Of a stretch of 64,000 nucleotides of DNA, positions 1-9,211 are shown piece by piece. The DNA comes from Thermoplasmata archaeon (GTDB taxonomy: Archaea > Thermoplasmatota > Thermoplasmata > Methanomassiliicoccales > Methanomethylophilaceae). The translations under genes and the position numbers were made by a program. A model generated the notes under the pieces. That model was given only the letters and a program-made list of their open reading frames with translations. It ran no database searches and had not been told where the DNA came from. The stretch spans positions 98,751-162,750 of the forward strand of contig SUSV01000003.1 in NCBI GenBank assembly GCA_015063245.1, given 5' to 3'. Within the stretch, counting starts at the first letter, position 1. The number at the start of each line of letters is the position of its first letter.

Positions 1-2
1 CG

Positions 3-29
3 GTCCCAGGCATTGGGACACATCTTTTT
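3..29 (+). terminator. Hairpin plus T-tract, probable terminator of a gene upstream of the window
   Basis: GTCCCA(3-8)/TGGGAC(14-19) inverted repeat followed by TCTTTTT. Confidence 0.45.
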
Positions 30-70
30 ATCGTCCATGCGATACGAAATATGCCTAACGGAGTGCTGAG

Positions 71-496
71 ATGAACCCTAAGCTGATCATAGTCGGAATC
101 GCCGCGGTCGCTGTCATTGCGGTCATGGTCTACAGTTTTATCGACCAGGAGGATGATAAAGGATCCTCATCCAATCAGGAATCCGATTCAGCAGACCCAA
201 TAACCTTGACGTTCCAGTATGATGCATCTGTCTTCGTAGTGACGACAGGAGGCAAGCCGATCGCCAACGGAGATTACACTTTGTACGACGGCGATGTGGT
301 CCACATCAAATCGAAGAGCGGCAAGAGGATCGACATCGGATACGAGGCAGCCTGGAGCGACGCGCAGGGTGGAAGCGGAGGCGTCAGCGGTAACGACCTG
401 TCGAAAGAGACGGATGTGGAGATCGAGGCCGTGACATTGGGATATCCGCTGACCGGCTACTTCAAGATCTTCATCGATGAGGAATCGGAAGCTTGA
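71..496 (+). CDS. Hypothetical membrane-anchored/exported acidic protein
   Basis: N-terminal hydrophobic helix (LIIVGIAAVAVIAVMVYSFI), Ser/Asp-rich linker, beta-rich remainder; host-like codon usage. Confidence 0.7.
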   Translation: MNPKLIIVGIAAVAVIAVMVYSFIDQEDDKGSSSNQESDSADPITLTFQYDASVFVVTTGGKPIANGDYTLYDGDVVHIKSKSGKRIDIGYEAAWSDAQGGSGGVSGNDLSKETDVEIEAVTLGYPLTGYFKIFIDEESEA

Positions 497-534
497 GCAG
501 TCGGGTGAAAGGAGCCTCTTTCAGCTCTTGAAAA

Positions 535-840
535 TCATATCTGGGACAGCAGCTCCTCTACCTTGGCGTAAAGGCCGCTGACATACTCTGATATGTTCTT
601 CAGGAACTCGTCGTATTTGTCGGTGACCGTGGCTCCCTCGGTCGTTGCCTTGATGATCCCTTCCTTCTCGAGGAGTTTCAGGGAGTATCTGACCTTGTGC
701 TTGGGGATGCCGGTCATCTCGGAGAGCCTGATGAGCCCTATCGGCTGGTTATACTTCACTGTCTTCAGGATGAGGATATGCCTCTCCAGAAGTGCGAATT
801 CTTCAGAAATGGAGCCGATCGGTTCTTTCTCGTCAGTCAT
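535..840 (-). CDS. Winged-helix transcriptional regulator
   Basis: QPIGLIRLSEMTGIPKHKVRYSLKLLEKEGII helix-turn-helix/wing pattern. Confidence 0.8.
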   Translation of the reverse strand: MTDEKEPIGSISEEFALLERHILILKTVKYNQPIGLIRLSEMTGIPKHKVRYSLKLLEKEGIIKATTEGATVTDKYDEFLKNISEYVSGLYAKVEELLSQI

Positions 841-908
841 GGGGCATACCTAATATCAACTGGAATGTATAAAAAATGGGTTGGGAAGGATTTAGAAAAC
901 GGACGGAA

Positions 909-1076
909 TCATCTTCCGTACCAGTTCTGCTTTCCCCACCTGCCGTAGTTCGTCCACCATCCCTGGATGAGTGAACCGCAGCAGTCGAGAGCCTTCTGCT
1001 CTCCCTCAGCACCCTTGTACACCTTGTAGCAGTTGAGACACTGCCACCTGAGTTCGGGCTCCTTGGTCTGTTTCAT
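909..1076 (-). CDS. 55-aa Cys/Trp-rich small protein (putative Zn finger); not in the ORF track
   Basis: Hand translation: MKQTKEPELRWQCLNCYKVYKGAEGEQKALDCCGSLIQGWWTNYGRWGKQNWYGR*; BRE/TATA-like AACCCTTATTTAC about 29 nt upstream (leaderless spacing). Confidence 0.7.
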   Translation of the reverse strand: MKQTKEPELRWQCLNCYKVYKGAEGEQKALDCCGSLIQGWWTNYGRWGKQNWYGR

Positions 1077-1282
1077 GTCTCGTTAATCAAGGCGTTTGTA
1101 AATAAGGGTTGTGCTAAGGTCCGCAGCCATCCGGATGCTGGACATGTGCTCCATCAGATGCCTCAAACTGTTCATTTTTTGACTGTTTCCTGTATAAATC
1201 AATGAAAAAGAGGGAAAAAATGTAAAAACCATTAATCTGGCGTCATCTTAATTATATAATCATAGCGTGTTTAAGTAAGTTT

Positions 1283-1783
1283 ATGAACAGAATAAAGGTC
1301 ATTAACGAACCGTCCGAGCTCGTGCCGATGCTCAGGTCCGTTGATACACCCATCAAAAGAGAGGTGTTGAAAGAGGTGACCTTGGAGTGGAGAACAGCCG
1401 ACGAGATCGAGGAGAAATACGGTCGCGAAGGCAGGGAAGCCATCATCTTCTTCGAGAAGATGAAGCTCGTGGAGATGCGCTGGCTCTCCAAGGATGGCAA
1501 CTATCCCCAGAAATCCTACCACACATATTACACCTCATTCAACATCAATGCTCAGTGGCCGGTCTATGAGATCAGCGATGTCCTCACCGCCGCCATGATG
1601 AGTGAGGAGGAGTACTCCGAGATCGAGTCCAAGATCCTCGCAGAGGTCGGCAAGGACGGAAAGTTCTCGGGAGATATCGCAGAGACATTGGGTCTGTCTT
1701 CCACCATGCTGAAGAGCCTGGTCCGCAGATCCGTCAAGATGGATTACCGCGGGCACAGGATAGAGCTCATCAAAGAAGAGTGA
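1283..1783 (+). CDS. ArsR-like archaeal transcriptional regulator with two winged-helix-like segments
   Basis: EWRTADEIEEKYG and SGDIAETLGLSSTMLKSLVRRS HTH-like segments. Confidence 0.7.
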   Translation: MNRIKVINEPSELVPMLRSVDTPIKREVLKEVTLEWRTADEIEEKYGREGREAIIFFEKMKLVEMRWLSKDGNYPQKSYHTYYTSFNINAQWPVYEISDVLTAAMMSEEEYSEIESKILAEVGKDGKFSGDIAETLGLSSTMLKSLVRRSVKMDYRGHRIELIKEE

Positions 1784-1785
1784 GT

Positions 1786-2301
1786 ATGTCCGACATTTGG
1801 ATCATGAGAATAGGCCACCGTCCCGAGAGGGACAAGAGGGTGACCACCCATGTTGCATTATCGTCGAGGGCATTGGGGGCCAAGGGCATCTACGTGGATA
1901 CGCTGGACCCGGTGCTCGAGGAGAACATCCGCAGCGTCGTGGACCGTTTCGGCGGGGACTATGTCATAAAGACCGGCGTATCCTGGAAGGAGGCGATCAA
2001 GGACTTCAAGGGCAAGATCGTGCACCTCACGATGTACGGCCAGCAGGTCGTGGACGCCATACCGAAGATCCCCAAGGACGAGGACATCATGATCATCGTC
2101 GGTGCATCCAAGGTGCCGGCGGAGGTCTACCAGAGAGCGGATTTCAACGTCTCCGTAGGCAATCAGCCCCATTCAGAGATTGCGGCATTGGCGATCTTTT
2201 TGGACCGTTTCACCGAAGGCAAGGCCCTCTACGAGGACCGCCACGGCAAGATGACCGTGATCCCTAACGAGAGGGGGAAGACCGTTGTCAATTCCGACTG
2301 A
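1786..2301 (+). CDS. trm56: tRNA (cytidine(56)-2'-O)-methyltransferase (SPOUT)
   Basis: RIGHRPERDKRVTTHVAL, VHLTMYG, IVGASKVP, NQPHSEIAALAIFLD motifs; ATG 1786 (GTG 1780 alternative). Confidence 0.92.
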   Translation: MSDIWIMRIGHRPERDKRVTTHVALSSRALGAKGIYVDTLDPVLEENIRSVVDRFGGDYVIKTGVSWKEAIKDFKGKIVHLTMYGQQVVDAIPKIPKDEDIMIIVGASKVPAEVYQRADFNVSVGNQPHSEIAALAIFLDRFTEGKALYEDRHGKMTVIPNERGKTVVNSD

Positions 2302-2863
2302 CCGCGAATGCATCGAATACCTGATCGATGCGGGCTGCAAGAAGAGGGTCATCATCCACTGCTGCACGGTCAGGGCGGTGGCGGACGAGATGCTCACGCG
2401 CATCCCCGGCGCCAACAAGGACCTGGTCGTGGCAGGAGCACTGCTGCACGACATCGGACGTGCGAAGGACCATTCCATAATGCATGCATACTACGGGTCG
2501 AAGATGGTCGAGGAGTACGGGCTCCCTTCGGAGCTGGTCGAGATCGTCCGCAAGCATACGGGCGCAGGGCTCGATGACGAGGATGTGAAGGAACTCGGCC
2601 TCCCGCCAGGGGACTACATCCCGACGACCCTCGAGGAGAAGATTGTGGCGCATGCAGACAACATGGTCAGCGACAACAGGGTCGTCGTGCACGACCATTC
2701 GGTATCCAAGCTCACCAACAAGGGAGCGTTCCGCGGTGCGGACAGGGTAGAACTCCTGCACATGGAGCTATCCGACCTTTACGGACAGGATCTGGACATC
2801 ATTCCGAAGAAGATCGGGGAGTATCCCAAGCTTAAGATCGTCGACGAGCTCGACCTGGAATGA
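2285..2863 (+). CDS. HD-domain (HDIG-type) phosphohydrolase
   Basis: H...ALLHDIGR...H...KHTGAG...AHAD metal ligands; TTG start overlapping trm56 stop by 17 nt. Confidence 0.85.
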   Translation: MSIPTDRECIEYLIDAGCKKRVIIHCCTVRAVADEMLTRIPGANKDLVVAGALLHDIGRAKDHSIMHAYYGSKMVEEYGLPSELVEIVRKHTGAGLDDEDVKELGLPPGDYIPTTLEEKIVAHADNMVSDNRVVVHDHSVSKLTNKGAFRGADRVELLHMELSDLYGQDLDIIPKKIGEYPKLKIVDELDLE

Positions 2864-2910
2864 TGCTGGTTTTTATCCGAGTTAGAAGATAGAAGGAGTA
2901 GTGACACATC

Positions 2911-3222
2911 ATGGTAACAGAACTTAACGAGAGTACATTCGACAAATTCGTAGAGGAGAACAAGATCGTCATCGTCGACTGCTGGGCCCCCTGGTGCGGA
3001 CCCTGCAGGAGGATGGGCCCGATCATCGAGGAGCTTGCACAGGACCTTGCAGGAAAGGTCGGCGTTGCGAAGCTCAACACCGATGAGAACCAGGGAATCG
3101 CGATCAGATTCCAGATCAATGCCATCCCCACGCTTCTGATCTTCAAGGACAATGTCCTCGTCCAGTCTCTGGTCGGACTCAGGCCCAAAGAGAGCATCCT
3201 GGAAGTAGTGAACGGTCTCTGA
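2911..3222 (+). CDS. trxA: Thioredoxin
   Basis: WAPWCGPC active site, cis-Pro loop IPTL. Confidence 0.95.
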   Translation: MVTELNESTFDKFVEENKIVIVDCWAPWCGPCRRMGPIIEELAQDLAGKVGVAKLNTDENQGIAIRFQINAIPTLLIFKDNVLVQSLVGLRPKESILEVVNGL

Positions 3223-3223
3223 T

Positions 3224-4102
3224 ATGGAAACCGATGTAATCATAATAGGATGCGGACCTGCAGGTCTGCAGGCCGCCATCCACTCCTCCCGCAAGAAGGC
3301 CAGGACGGTCGTTCTCGGGAAGATGGCCAACAGCGCCGCGTACGATACTGACATCGAGAACTACCTCGGTGTCGTCGAGGACGGGAGCACGCTTCTCGCA
3401 CAGGGATTGTCGCAGGCCAAGACGTTCGGTGCCGAGTTCATCGACCAGAACGTCGTATCGGCGAAGCGCGAGGGCGACAGGTTCGTCTTCGAGACCGACG
3501 ACGGCACGGTGATCTCCGCCAAAGCGGTCATCATCGCGACAGGGATCTCCAGGAAGAAGCTGTCTATCCCCGGCGAGTCGGAGCTGTACGGCAAGGGCGT
3601 GAGCTACTGTGCGGTATGCGACTGCAACTTCTACAAGGGACGCAGGGTCGTTCTGGTCGGGAACGAGTCGGAGGCGGCCGCATCGGCCAGGCTGATGACC
3701 TCCTACGCCTCGGAGACGTCGTGGGTCGCATGGGACCTGACGGCCAACGAATCCATCGCGAACAAGGCGCTGGATGCCGGTGTGAGGATGTACAACTCCA
3801 GGCCGAAGTCCATCGACGGGAACGACAAGGTCGAATCCATAACCCTTCAGGACGGCACGGTCATCCCGACGGACGGTGTCTTCATCGAGCTGGGGGCCAA
3901 ATCGGCAGCGGACATAGCCATGGACATCGATGTCATGCCCGAGATGGACGATACGATCAAAGTGGACTCCGGATGCAGGACCGAGGTCCCCGGCGTATTC
4001 GCATGCGGGGACATCACAGGCAAGCCGTGGCAGGTGGCCAAGGCCGTGGGTCAGGGATGCGTCGCGGGCATGAACGCGGCGGACTTCGTCAAGGGACAAT
4101 GA
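3224..4102 (+). CDS. trxB: Thioredoxin reductase-like FAD oxidoreductase
   Basis: IIIGCGPAG FAD motif, GVSYCAVCD redox CxxC, GVFACGD; adjacent to thioredoxin. Confidence 0.88.
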   Translation: METDVIIIGCGPAGLQAAIHSSRKKARTVVLGKMANSAAYDTDIENYLGVVEDGSTLLAQGLSQAKTFGAEFIDQNVVSAKREGDRFVFETDDGTVISAKAVIIATGISRKKLSIPGESELYGKGVSYCAVCDCNFYKGRRVVLVGNESEAAASARLMTSYASETSWVAWDLTANESIANKALDAGVRMYNSRPKSIDGNDKVESITLQDGTVIPTDGVFIELGAKSAADIAMDIDVMPEMDDTIKVDSGCRTEVPGVFACGDITGKPWQVAKAVGQGCVAGMNAADFVKGQ

Positions 4103-4103
4103 G

Positions 4104-4616
4104 ATGACCGTAGACGACCTCATCACAGGGATGCTCAGGGAGGAGGGCGGATTCCAGATTGCCTTCAGGAACATCCTGGAGGATGAGCTCCATATGACCC
4201 TCAACGAGTTCTGTCAGGCCTCCGGGGTCTCTCAGAGCACACTGTACAAGGTGATGGAGGGCGGCAGGGAGCCGAACCTTCGCACGGTCAGACAGGTCGT
4301 CAAGGCCATCAAGATGCTGAGCACCGCTGACGATTCCCGTTTCATAGCGATCATCGCGGCATCCACCGCATTGGAGAACATCCCTCGCACCATCGACATC
4401 AACGGGATGACGGTCCATCTCCGCGAGTATCCCGTATTGACATTGGAGGATGCCATCCTCGCCGCGGTCCGTGCGGAGAGGGACGGTGCACTGGGGCTGG
4501 TGTGCGCGCCGATCGTCGCTCCGACGGTCGAGAAGATCCTCTCGATCCCGGTCTCGAGGGTCATCCCGACGACCAGCATCCAGATTGCCATCGAGCATCT
4601 CACGAAGGCACTCTGA
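4104..4616 (+). CDS. XRE-type HTH transcriptional regulator with C-terminal sensor-like domain
   Basis: MTLNEFCQASGVSQSTLYKVMEGGREPNLRTVRQVV Cro/C1 HTH. Confidence 0.8.
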   Translation: MTVDDLITGMLREEGGFQIAFRNILEDELHMTLNEFCQASGVSQSTLYKVMEGGREPNLRTVRQVVKAIKMLSTADDSRFIAIIAASTALENIPRTIDINGMTVHLREYPVLTLEDAILAAVRAERDGALGLVCAPIVAPTVEKILSIPVSRVIPTTSIQIAIEHLTKAL

Positions 4617-4738
4617 GTCCGTTTTCCGCACTTCCCCGCACCCCATTTTTAAGCGAAAATAAAGGTCGTTCTGGCCAACTTTTAACGTCCTACCTTAATG
4701 ATTAAAAACATCGAGCGCTATGCCGAGCATGGTATTAG

Positions 4739-5191
4739 ATGTTCGAGCTCCAGGTAGTAAGCAATACCCCGATGAGCGGGGTCTCAGATGTGAATGTTGT
4801 CGCGGAGACACTTCTTGTTCAGATCGGCTACCTGCCCAAGGGATACGACCCCAAGACCGGGGCCGCGACCATACGCGAGAGCGTTCCGTACCGGCTTTTC
4901 ATGGATTACCTCATGGCCTATCCTTCGAAGGCATGGACCGTCGAGGAGCTCGCCGTCCTTCTGGAGACGACGAAACCGACCATATACAGGCACATCAACA
5001 AGCTGAAGTCGATGGATCTCCTCGAGGCCATGGATGTGGAGTTCAACGAGCAGATCCGCAAAGGATACCGCATCCGCTTCGGCGACATCGTCAAGGCGTG
5101 GAGTTTCACAGAGGCCAACGTCAATATGGCCATGGAGAACTACCGCAAGACGGTCATCCATTTCCAGGAACTCATGCAGCAGCAAAAGTGA
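4739..5191 (+). CDS. Winged-helix (ArsR/TrmB-like) transcriptional regulator
   Basis: AWTVEELAVLLETTKPTIYRHINKLKSMDLLE...RKGYRI. Confidence 0.8.
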   Translation: MFELQVVSNTPMSGVSDVNVVAETLLVQIGYLPKGYDPKTGAATIRESVPYRLFMDYLMAYPSKAWTVEELAVLLETTKPTIYRHINKLKSMDLLEAMDVEFNEQIRKGYRIRFGDIVKAWSFTEANVNMAMENYRKTVIHFQELMQQQK

Positions 5192-5445
5192 TAGTCGTGG
5201 AAGGGGAATACACAGTTACCATAGGCTCCAAGTACCGCGTAGACTACGGCGGGGAGGAGCCCGCCGTCGGTGTTTTCAAAGGATATTCTGCGATGGGTTC
5301 GGATACCGCGATGGTCTTCGAACTGGAGGACGGCACCATCAGGTTCATCAGTCTGGCACAGATAATCTACCTGGATCTTCTCGAGTCCGCGGCACCCAAG
5401 AAGGCATCCAAGAAAAAGGATCCCGGCAGCGTGTACTATGGATGA
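5188..5445 (+). CDS. 85-aa Sm/Lsm-like beta protein with C-terminal HbYX tail (YYG)
   Basis: GTG start overlaps upstream TGA (GTGA); MIVVEGEYTVTIGSKYRVDYGGEEPAVGVFKGYSAMGSDTAMVFELEDGTIRFISLAQIIYLDLLESAAPKKASKKKDPGSVYYG; corresponds to the last 85 aa of ORF-track entry 4720..5445; fold call is by pattern only. Confidence 0.7.
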   Translation: MIVVEGEYTVTIGSKYRVDYGGEEPAVGVFKGYSAMGSDTAMVFELEDGTIRFISLAQIIYLDLLESAAPKKASKKKDPGSVYYG

Positions 5446-6979
5446 GCGCATCGTTTCACTCTCGAAGGAGATAATCGACGCCATCAAGTCTGGTCGCGTC
5501 AAGGACCGCGACGAGATGCAGAACCTCAAGCTGAAGCTCTGCAAGAAGTACGATCTCAAGCAGGTCCCCATGAACTCGGAGATCCTGGCGAACGTCCTTC
5601 CCGAGGACAAGAAGCTCCTCACCCCGTTCCTGATAAAGAAGCCCATGCGCACGATGAGCGGTGTCGCTGTCGTCGCCGTCATGACATCCCCCTATGACTG
5701 TCCTCACGGCAAATGCGCGTACTGTCCGGGGGGCGTCGCAAACAATTCGCCTCAATCCTATACAGGTAAGGAGCCTGCGGCGAGACGTGCAGGAAGGAAT
5801 GATTTCGACCCATACAAGCAGGTGATGGACAGGATCACGCAGCTCACGGAGATCGGGCATCAGACCGACAAGATCGATCTCATCATAATGGGAGGGACGT
5901 TCACCTGCAGGGACCCGGAATACCAGGAGTGGTTCGTCCGCAGATGCTTCGATGCGATGAACGGCACGGATTCCATAACACTGGGGGAGGCCCAGGCTCT
6001 GAACGAGGTCTCCCAGCACAGGTGTGTCGGGCTTACGGTCGAGACTCGTCCCGATGTGTTCGACGATGTCCAGGTCGAGAGGGCCATGAGGCTCGGGGCG
6101 ACTAGGGTGGAACTGGGCGTCCAGATCCTTGACGACGATATCCTTGACAAGGTGGACCGCGGTCACAGGACGGATGCGGTCAGGGATTGCACCAAGCGCT
6201 GCAAGGATCACGGACTGAAGATATGCTACCATCTCATGCCCGGGCTGCCGGGTTCATCCGTAGAGCATGACCTCGAGTGCTTCAGGAAGGTGTTCGACCA
6301 GCCGGAGTACCGTCCGGACATGCTCAAATTCTATCCGACCCTTGTTGTCGACGGGACCAAGGTCAAGGACTGGTGGCAGGAGGGAAGCTATATGCCCCTC
6401 GACACCGACGAGGCCGTCGATCTCCTGTGCAGGATGAAGGAGACCGTACCCGAATACGTCAGGATACAGCGCATACAGAGGGACATCCCTGTGCCTCAGA
6501 TCACCGCGGGTATAATGAAGAGCAACATCCGCCAGCTGGTGGCTGACGAGCTCGCCAGAAGGGGCAGGGAGTGCAGATGCATCCGCTGCAGGGAAGTGGG
6601 CCACAGGGGCATCAGGCTGGAGGATCCGGAAAAGGTGACGATGAAGATCACCGAGTATGAGGCCAGCGGAGGCAAGGAGTACTTCGTCGCGCTCGAATAC
6701 GAGGATTCAATAGTCGGATACGTGCGTGTGCGCGTGGATGATAACCCCGTCGCCACCATCAGGGAGCTGAAGGTCTTCGGGAAGATCGTCTCCATCGGCG
6801 AGGACGGGGAGGATTGGCAGCACAGGGGGTTCGGGAAGGAGCTCGTGGCCAAGGCCGAGGAGATCGCCAAGCAGAACTCCAAGTCAGGCATAAGGGTGAC
6901 CAGCGGTGTAGGGGTCAGGATGTACTACGCCTCGCTGGGGTTCCATAAGGCGCTGCCTTACATGCAGAAGGATTTCTGA
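5438..6979 (+). CDS. elp3: Elp3 radical SAM/GNAT tRNA U34 carboxymethyltransferase
   Basis: CPHGKCAYCPGG radical SAM motif, ETRPD, CRCIRCRE, C-terminal GNAT WQHRGFGKEL. Confidence 0.95.
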   Translation: MDERIVSLSKEIIDAIKSGRVKDRDEMQNLKLKLCKKYDLKQVPMNSEILANVLPEDKKLLTPFLIKKPMRTMSGVAVVAVMTSPYDCPHGKCAYCPGGVANNSPQSYTGKEPAARRAGRNDFDPYKQVMDRITQLTEIGHQTDKIDLIIMGGTFTCRDPEYQEWFVRRCFDAMNGTDSITLGEAQALNEVSQHRCVGLTVETRPDVFDDVQVERAMRLGATRVELGVQILDDDILDKVDRGHRTDAVRDCTKRCKDHGLKICYHLMPGLPGSSVEHDLECFRKVFDQPEYRPDMLKFYPTLVVDGTKVKDWWQEGSYMPLDTDEAVDLLCRMKETVPEYVRIQRIQRDIPVPQITAGIMKSNIRQLVADELARRGRECRCIRCREVGHRGIRLEDPEKVTMKITEYEASGGKEYFVALEYEDSIVGYVRVRVDDNPVATIRELKVFGKIVSIGEDGEDWQHRGFGKELVAKAEEIAKQNSKSGIRVTSGVGVRMYYASLGFHKALPYMQKDF

Positions 6980-9181
6980 TCATCCGTAGAAGGGCAGCTT
7001 GTCCCAGCTGGTGCGGCGCTTGTTGATGTCCTTGCCCATCTTCTCGTAATTTTCGAAGAGGTTCTTGTCGACCGAGGGTCCGACCTTCTTCAGCGCCTTC
7101 TCGAAATGGGCCATCGTGACCTTATCGGAATCATGGTCCTCGCGGTAGGCGGTCAGTCCGGCCTCCCTGCACAATGCCGCCAGGTCCGCCCCTACGTAGC
7201 CGTCCGTCCTTGAAGCTATGGATTCCAGATCGACATCCTTGAGGGGCATTTTACGCGTGTGGACCTTCAGGATGTGGATGCGAGCGGCCTCGTTCGGCTT
7301 CCCGACCAGGACCATCTTGTCGAACCTTCCCGGTCTCAGGAGGGCCGGATCGATCATATCGGGTCTGTTCGTTGCCGCCATGACCATGACGTTGTTGAGG
7401 CTCTCCACTCCGTCCATGGATGTGAGCAGCTGTGCGACGACCTGCTCCCAGGCGTTGGAATCGCTCATTCCGCGTATGGGTGCGATGGAGTCCAATTCAT
7501 CGAAGAATATGATGCAGGGAGCCATCTGCTTGGCCCTCTTGAAGATCTGCCTGATCGCCTTCTCGCTCTCACCGAACCACTTGCTCGCGACCTCCGGTCC
7601 GTTGACCGTGATGAAGTTCGCACCTGCCTCGTTGGCGATAGCTTTTGCAATCAGTGTCTTACCAGTGCCAGGAGGTCCGTATAGCAGCACTCCTCTGGCC
7701 GGTTCGATGCCCAGTCTCTCATAGGATTTGTTCCCCTCCTCGGGGATGAACGCCTCCTCTATCTGAGCGCGGACGTCGTCCAAACCGCCGACATCCTCCC
7801 ATGTAATCTTGGGGATCTCGACGAGGACCTCCCTCATACCGCTGGGCTCGACATCCGCCAGGGCATCCCTGAAGTCGGACATCGATACCTTCATTCCTTC
7901 CAGTATCGCGGCGGGGATCGGTTTGTCGAGGTCGAGGTCCTTCATGTGGCTCCTCACGCATTTCATTGCGGCCTCCCTGCACAGCGCCGCGAGGTCCGCT
8001 CCGACGAAACCCTGGGTCATGCCTGCGAGAGCATCGACCGATACATCCTCTGTGAGAGGCATGCCCCTCATGTGGACGTTCAGGATGTCGAACCTCGCCT
8101 TCCTTCCCGGGATACCTATCTCGATCTCCCTGTCGAACCTTCCCGGTCTCCTCAGGGCGGGATCGATGGAATCCTCCCTGTTGGTGGCAGCGACGACGAT
8201 GACGTTCCCTCTGTCGCCGAGCCCGTCCATGAGGGTGAGAAGCTGCGCGACCACCCTCCTCTCCACCTCTCCGAACACCGAATCCCTGTTCGGTGCGATT
8301 GAATCTATCTCATCGAGGAAGACTATGCTGGGGGCGTTCTCGGATGCCTCCTTGAATATCTCCCTGAGCCTCTCTTCGCTCTGACCATAGTACTGTCCCA
8401 TGATCTCGGGTCCGCGGACCGAGAACAACGTCGCCCCGGACTCGTTGGCGACCGCTTCCGCTATCAGCGTCTTCCCGGTTCCCGGGGGACCGTACAGCAG
8501 GACCCCTCTCGGCGCCCCGATCCCGAGCCTCTCGAACAGCTCCGGATGCTTCAGCGGGAGCTCGATCATCTCCCTGATCCTCTTCAGCTCGTCATCCAGG
8601 CCTCCGACGTCATCGTATGTGATCTGCTTGCCGGAGGAGGATTTCACAACGGTCTTCTGGGCACTGTCCTTCAGGACGATCTCGGTGGATCTGGTGACGA
8701 TGACAGGGCCTTTCGGTACTGTTGAGATGATATTGAATGTCGATCTGTTGCCCATCAGCGCCACATTCGGGACTATGATGTCGATGCCCTCTATCAGAGG
8801 CCTGCCCTGGAGACCGTTCAGGAACACCCCTTCGATGCCCTTCTCGAAGCTGATCTTCTTGCCTTCCGGGATGTTGGGGGCGATAACTATCCTCTTCGCC
8901 TCCTCTGGAGCGCATTTCCTGACGGTGACGTTCTCGTCTATGCTGACGCCGGCATTGGTCCTGGTCAGACCGTCGATCCCGATGAGGCCGTGCCCCTCCT
9001 CGTCGACCGAGCAGGGGAACACCTTGGCCACGACAGTCCTCTTGCCTACGATCTCGATGACATCCCCCAGTTCCAGGCCCAGCTCCTTGCGGGACGCGGT
9101 ATCCATTCTGGCGCGTCCGTACCCGGATTCGTTCTGACGCTGGGGCATCGCTACTTTGAGGACGAGGGAGTCTGTCATCAC
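6980..9181 (-). CDS. cdc48: Cdc48/VCP-like double AAA+ ATPase
   Basis: N domain plus two GPPGTGKT Walker A, DEID/DELD Walker B, RRPGRFD/RPGRFD; C-terminus LPFYG (HbYX). Confidence 0.95.
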   Translation of the reverse strand: MMTDSLVLKVAMPQRQNESGYGRARMDTASRKELGLELGDVIEIVGKRTVVAKVFPCSVDEEGHGLIGIDGLTRTNAGVSIDENVTVRKCAPEEAKRIVIAPNIPEGKKISFEKGIEGVFLNGLQGRPLIEGIDIIVPNVALMGNRSTFNIISTVPKGPVIVTRSTEIVLKDSAQKTVVKSSSGKQITYDDVGGLDDELKRIREMIELPLKHPELFERLGIGAPRGVLLYGPPGTGKTLIAEAVANESGATLFSVRGPEIMGQYYGQSEERLREIFKEASENAPSIVFLDEIDSIAPNRDSVFGEVERRVVAQLLTLMDGLGDRGNVIVVAATNREDSIDPALRRPGRFDREIEIGIPGRKARFDILNVHMRGMPLTEDVSVDALAGMTQGFVGADLAALCREAAMKCVRSHMKDLDLDKPIPAAILEGMKVSMSDFRDALADVEPSGMREVLVEIPKITWEDVGGLDDVRAQIEEAFIPEEGNKSYERLGIEPARGVLLYGPPGTGKTLIAKAIANEAGANFITVNGPEVASKWFGESEKAIRQIFKRAKQMAPCIIFFDELDSIAPIRGMSDSNAWEQVVAQLLTSMDGVESLNNVMVMAATNRPDMIDPALLRPGRFDKMVLVGKPNEAARIHILKVHTRKMPLKDVDLESIASRTDGYVGADLAALCREAGLTAYREDHDSDKVTMAHFEKALKKVGPSVDKNLFENYEKMGKDINKRRTSWDKLPFYG

Positions 9182-9211
9182 GCTCCGTAAAGAGATGATA
9201 GGATAAAATTT

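Noticed and set aside
4720-5445. 241-aa ORF overlapping the wHTH gene
   Set aside because: The first 156 codons are an off-frame shadow of 4739..5191 with no protein-like features; only the part from GTG 5188 looks real
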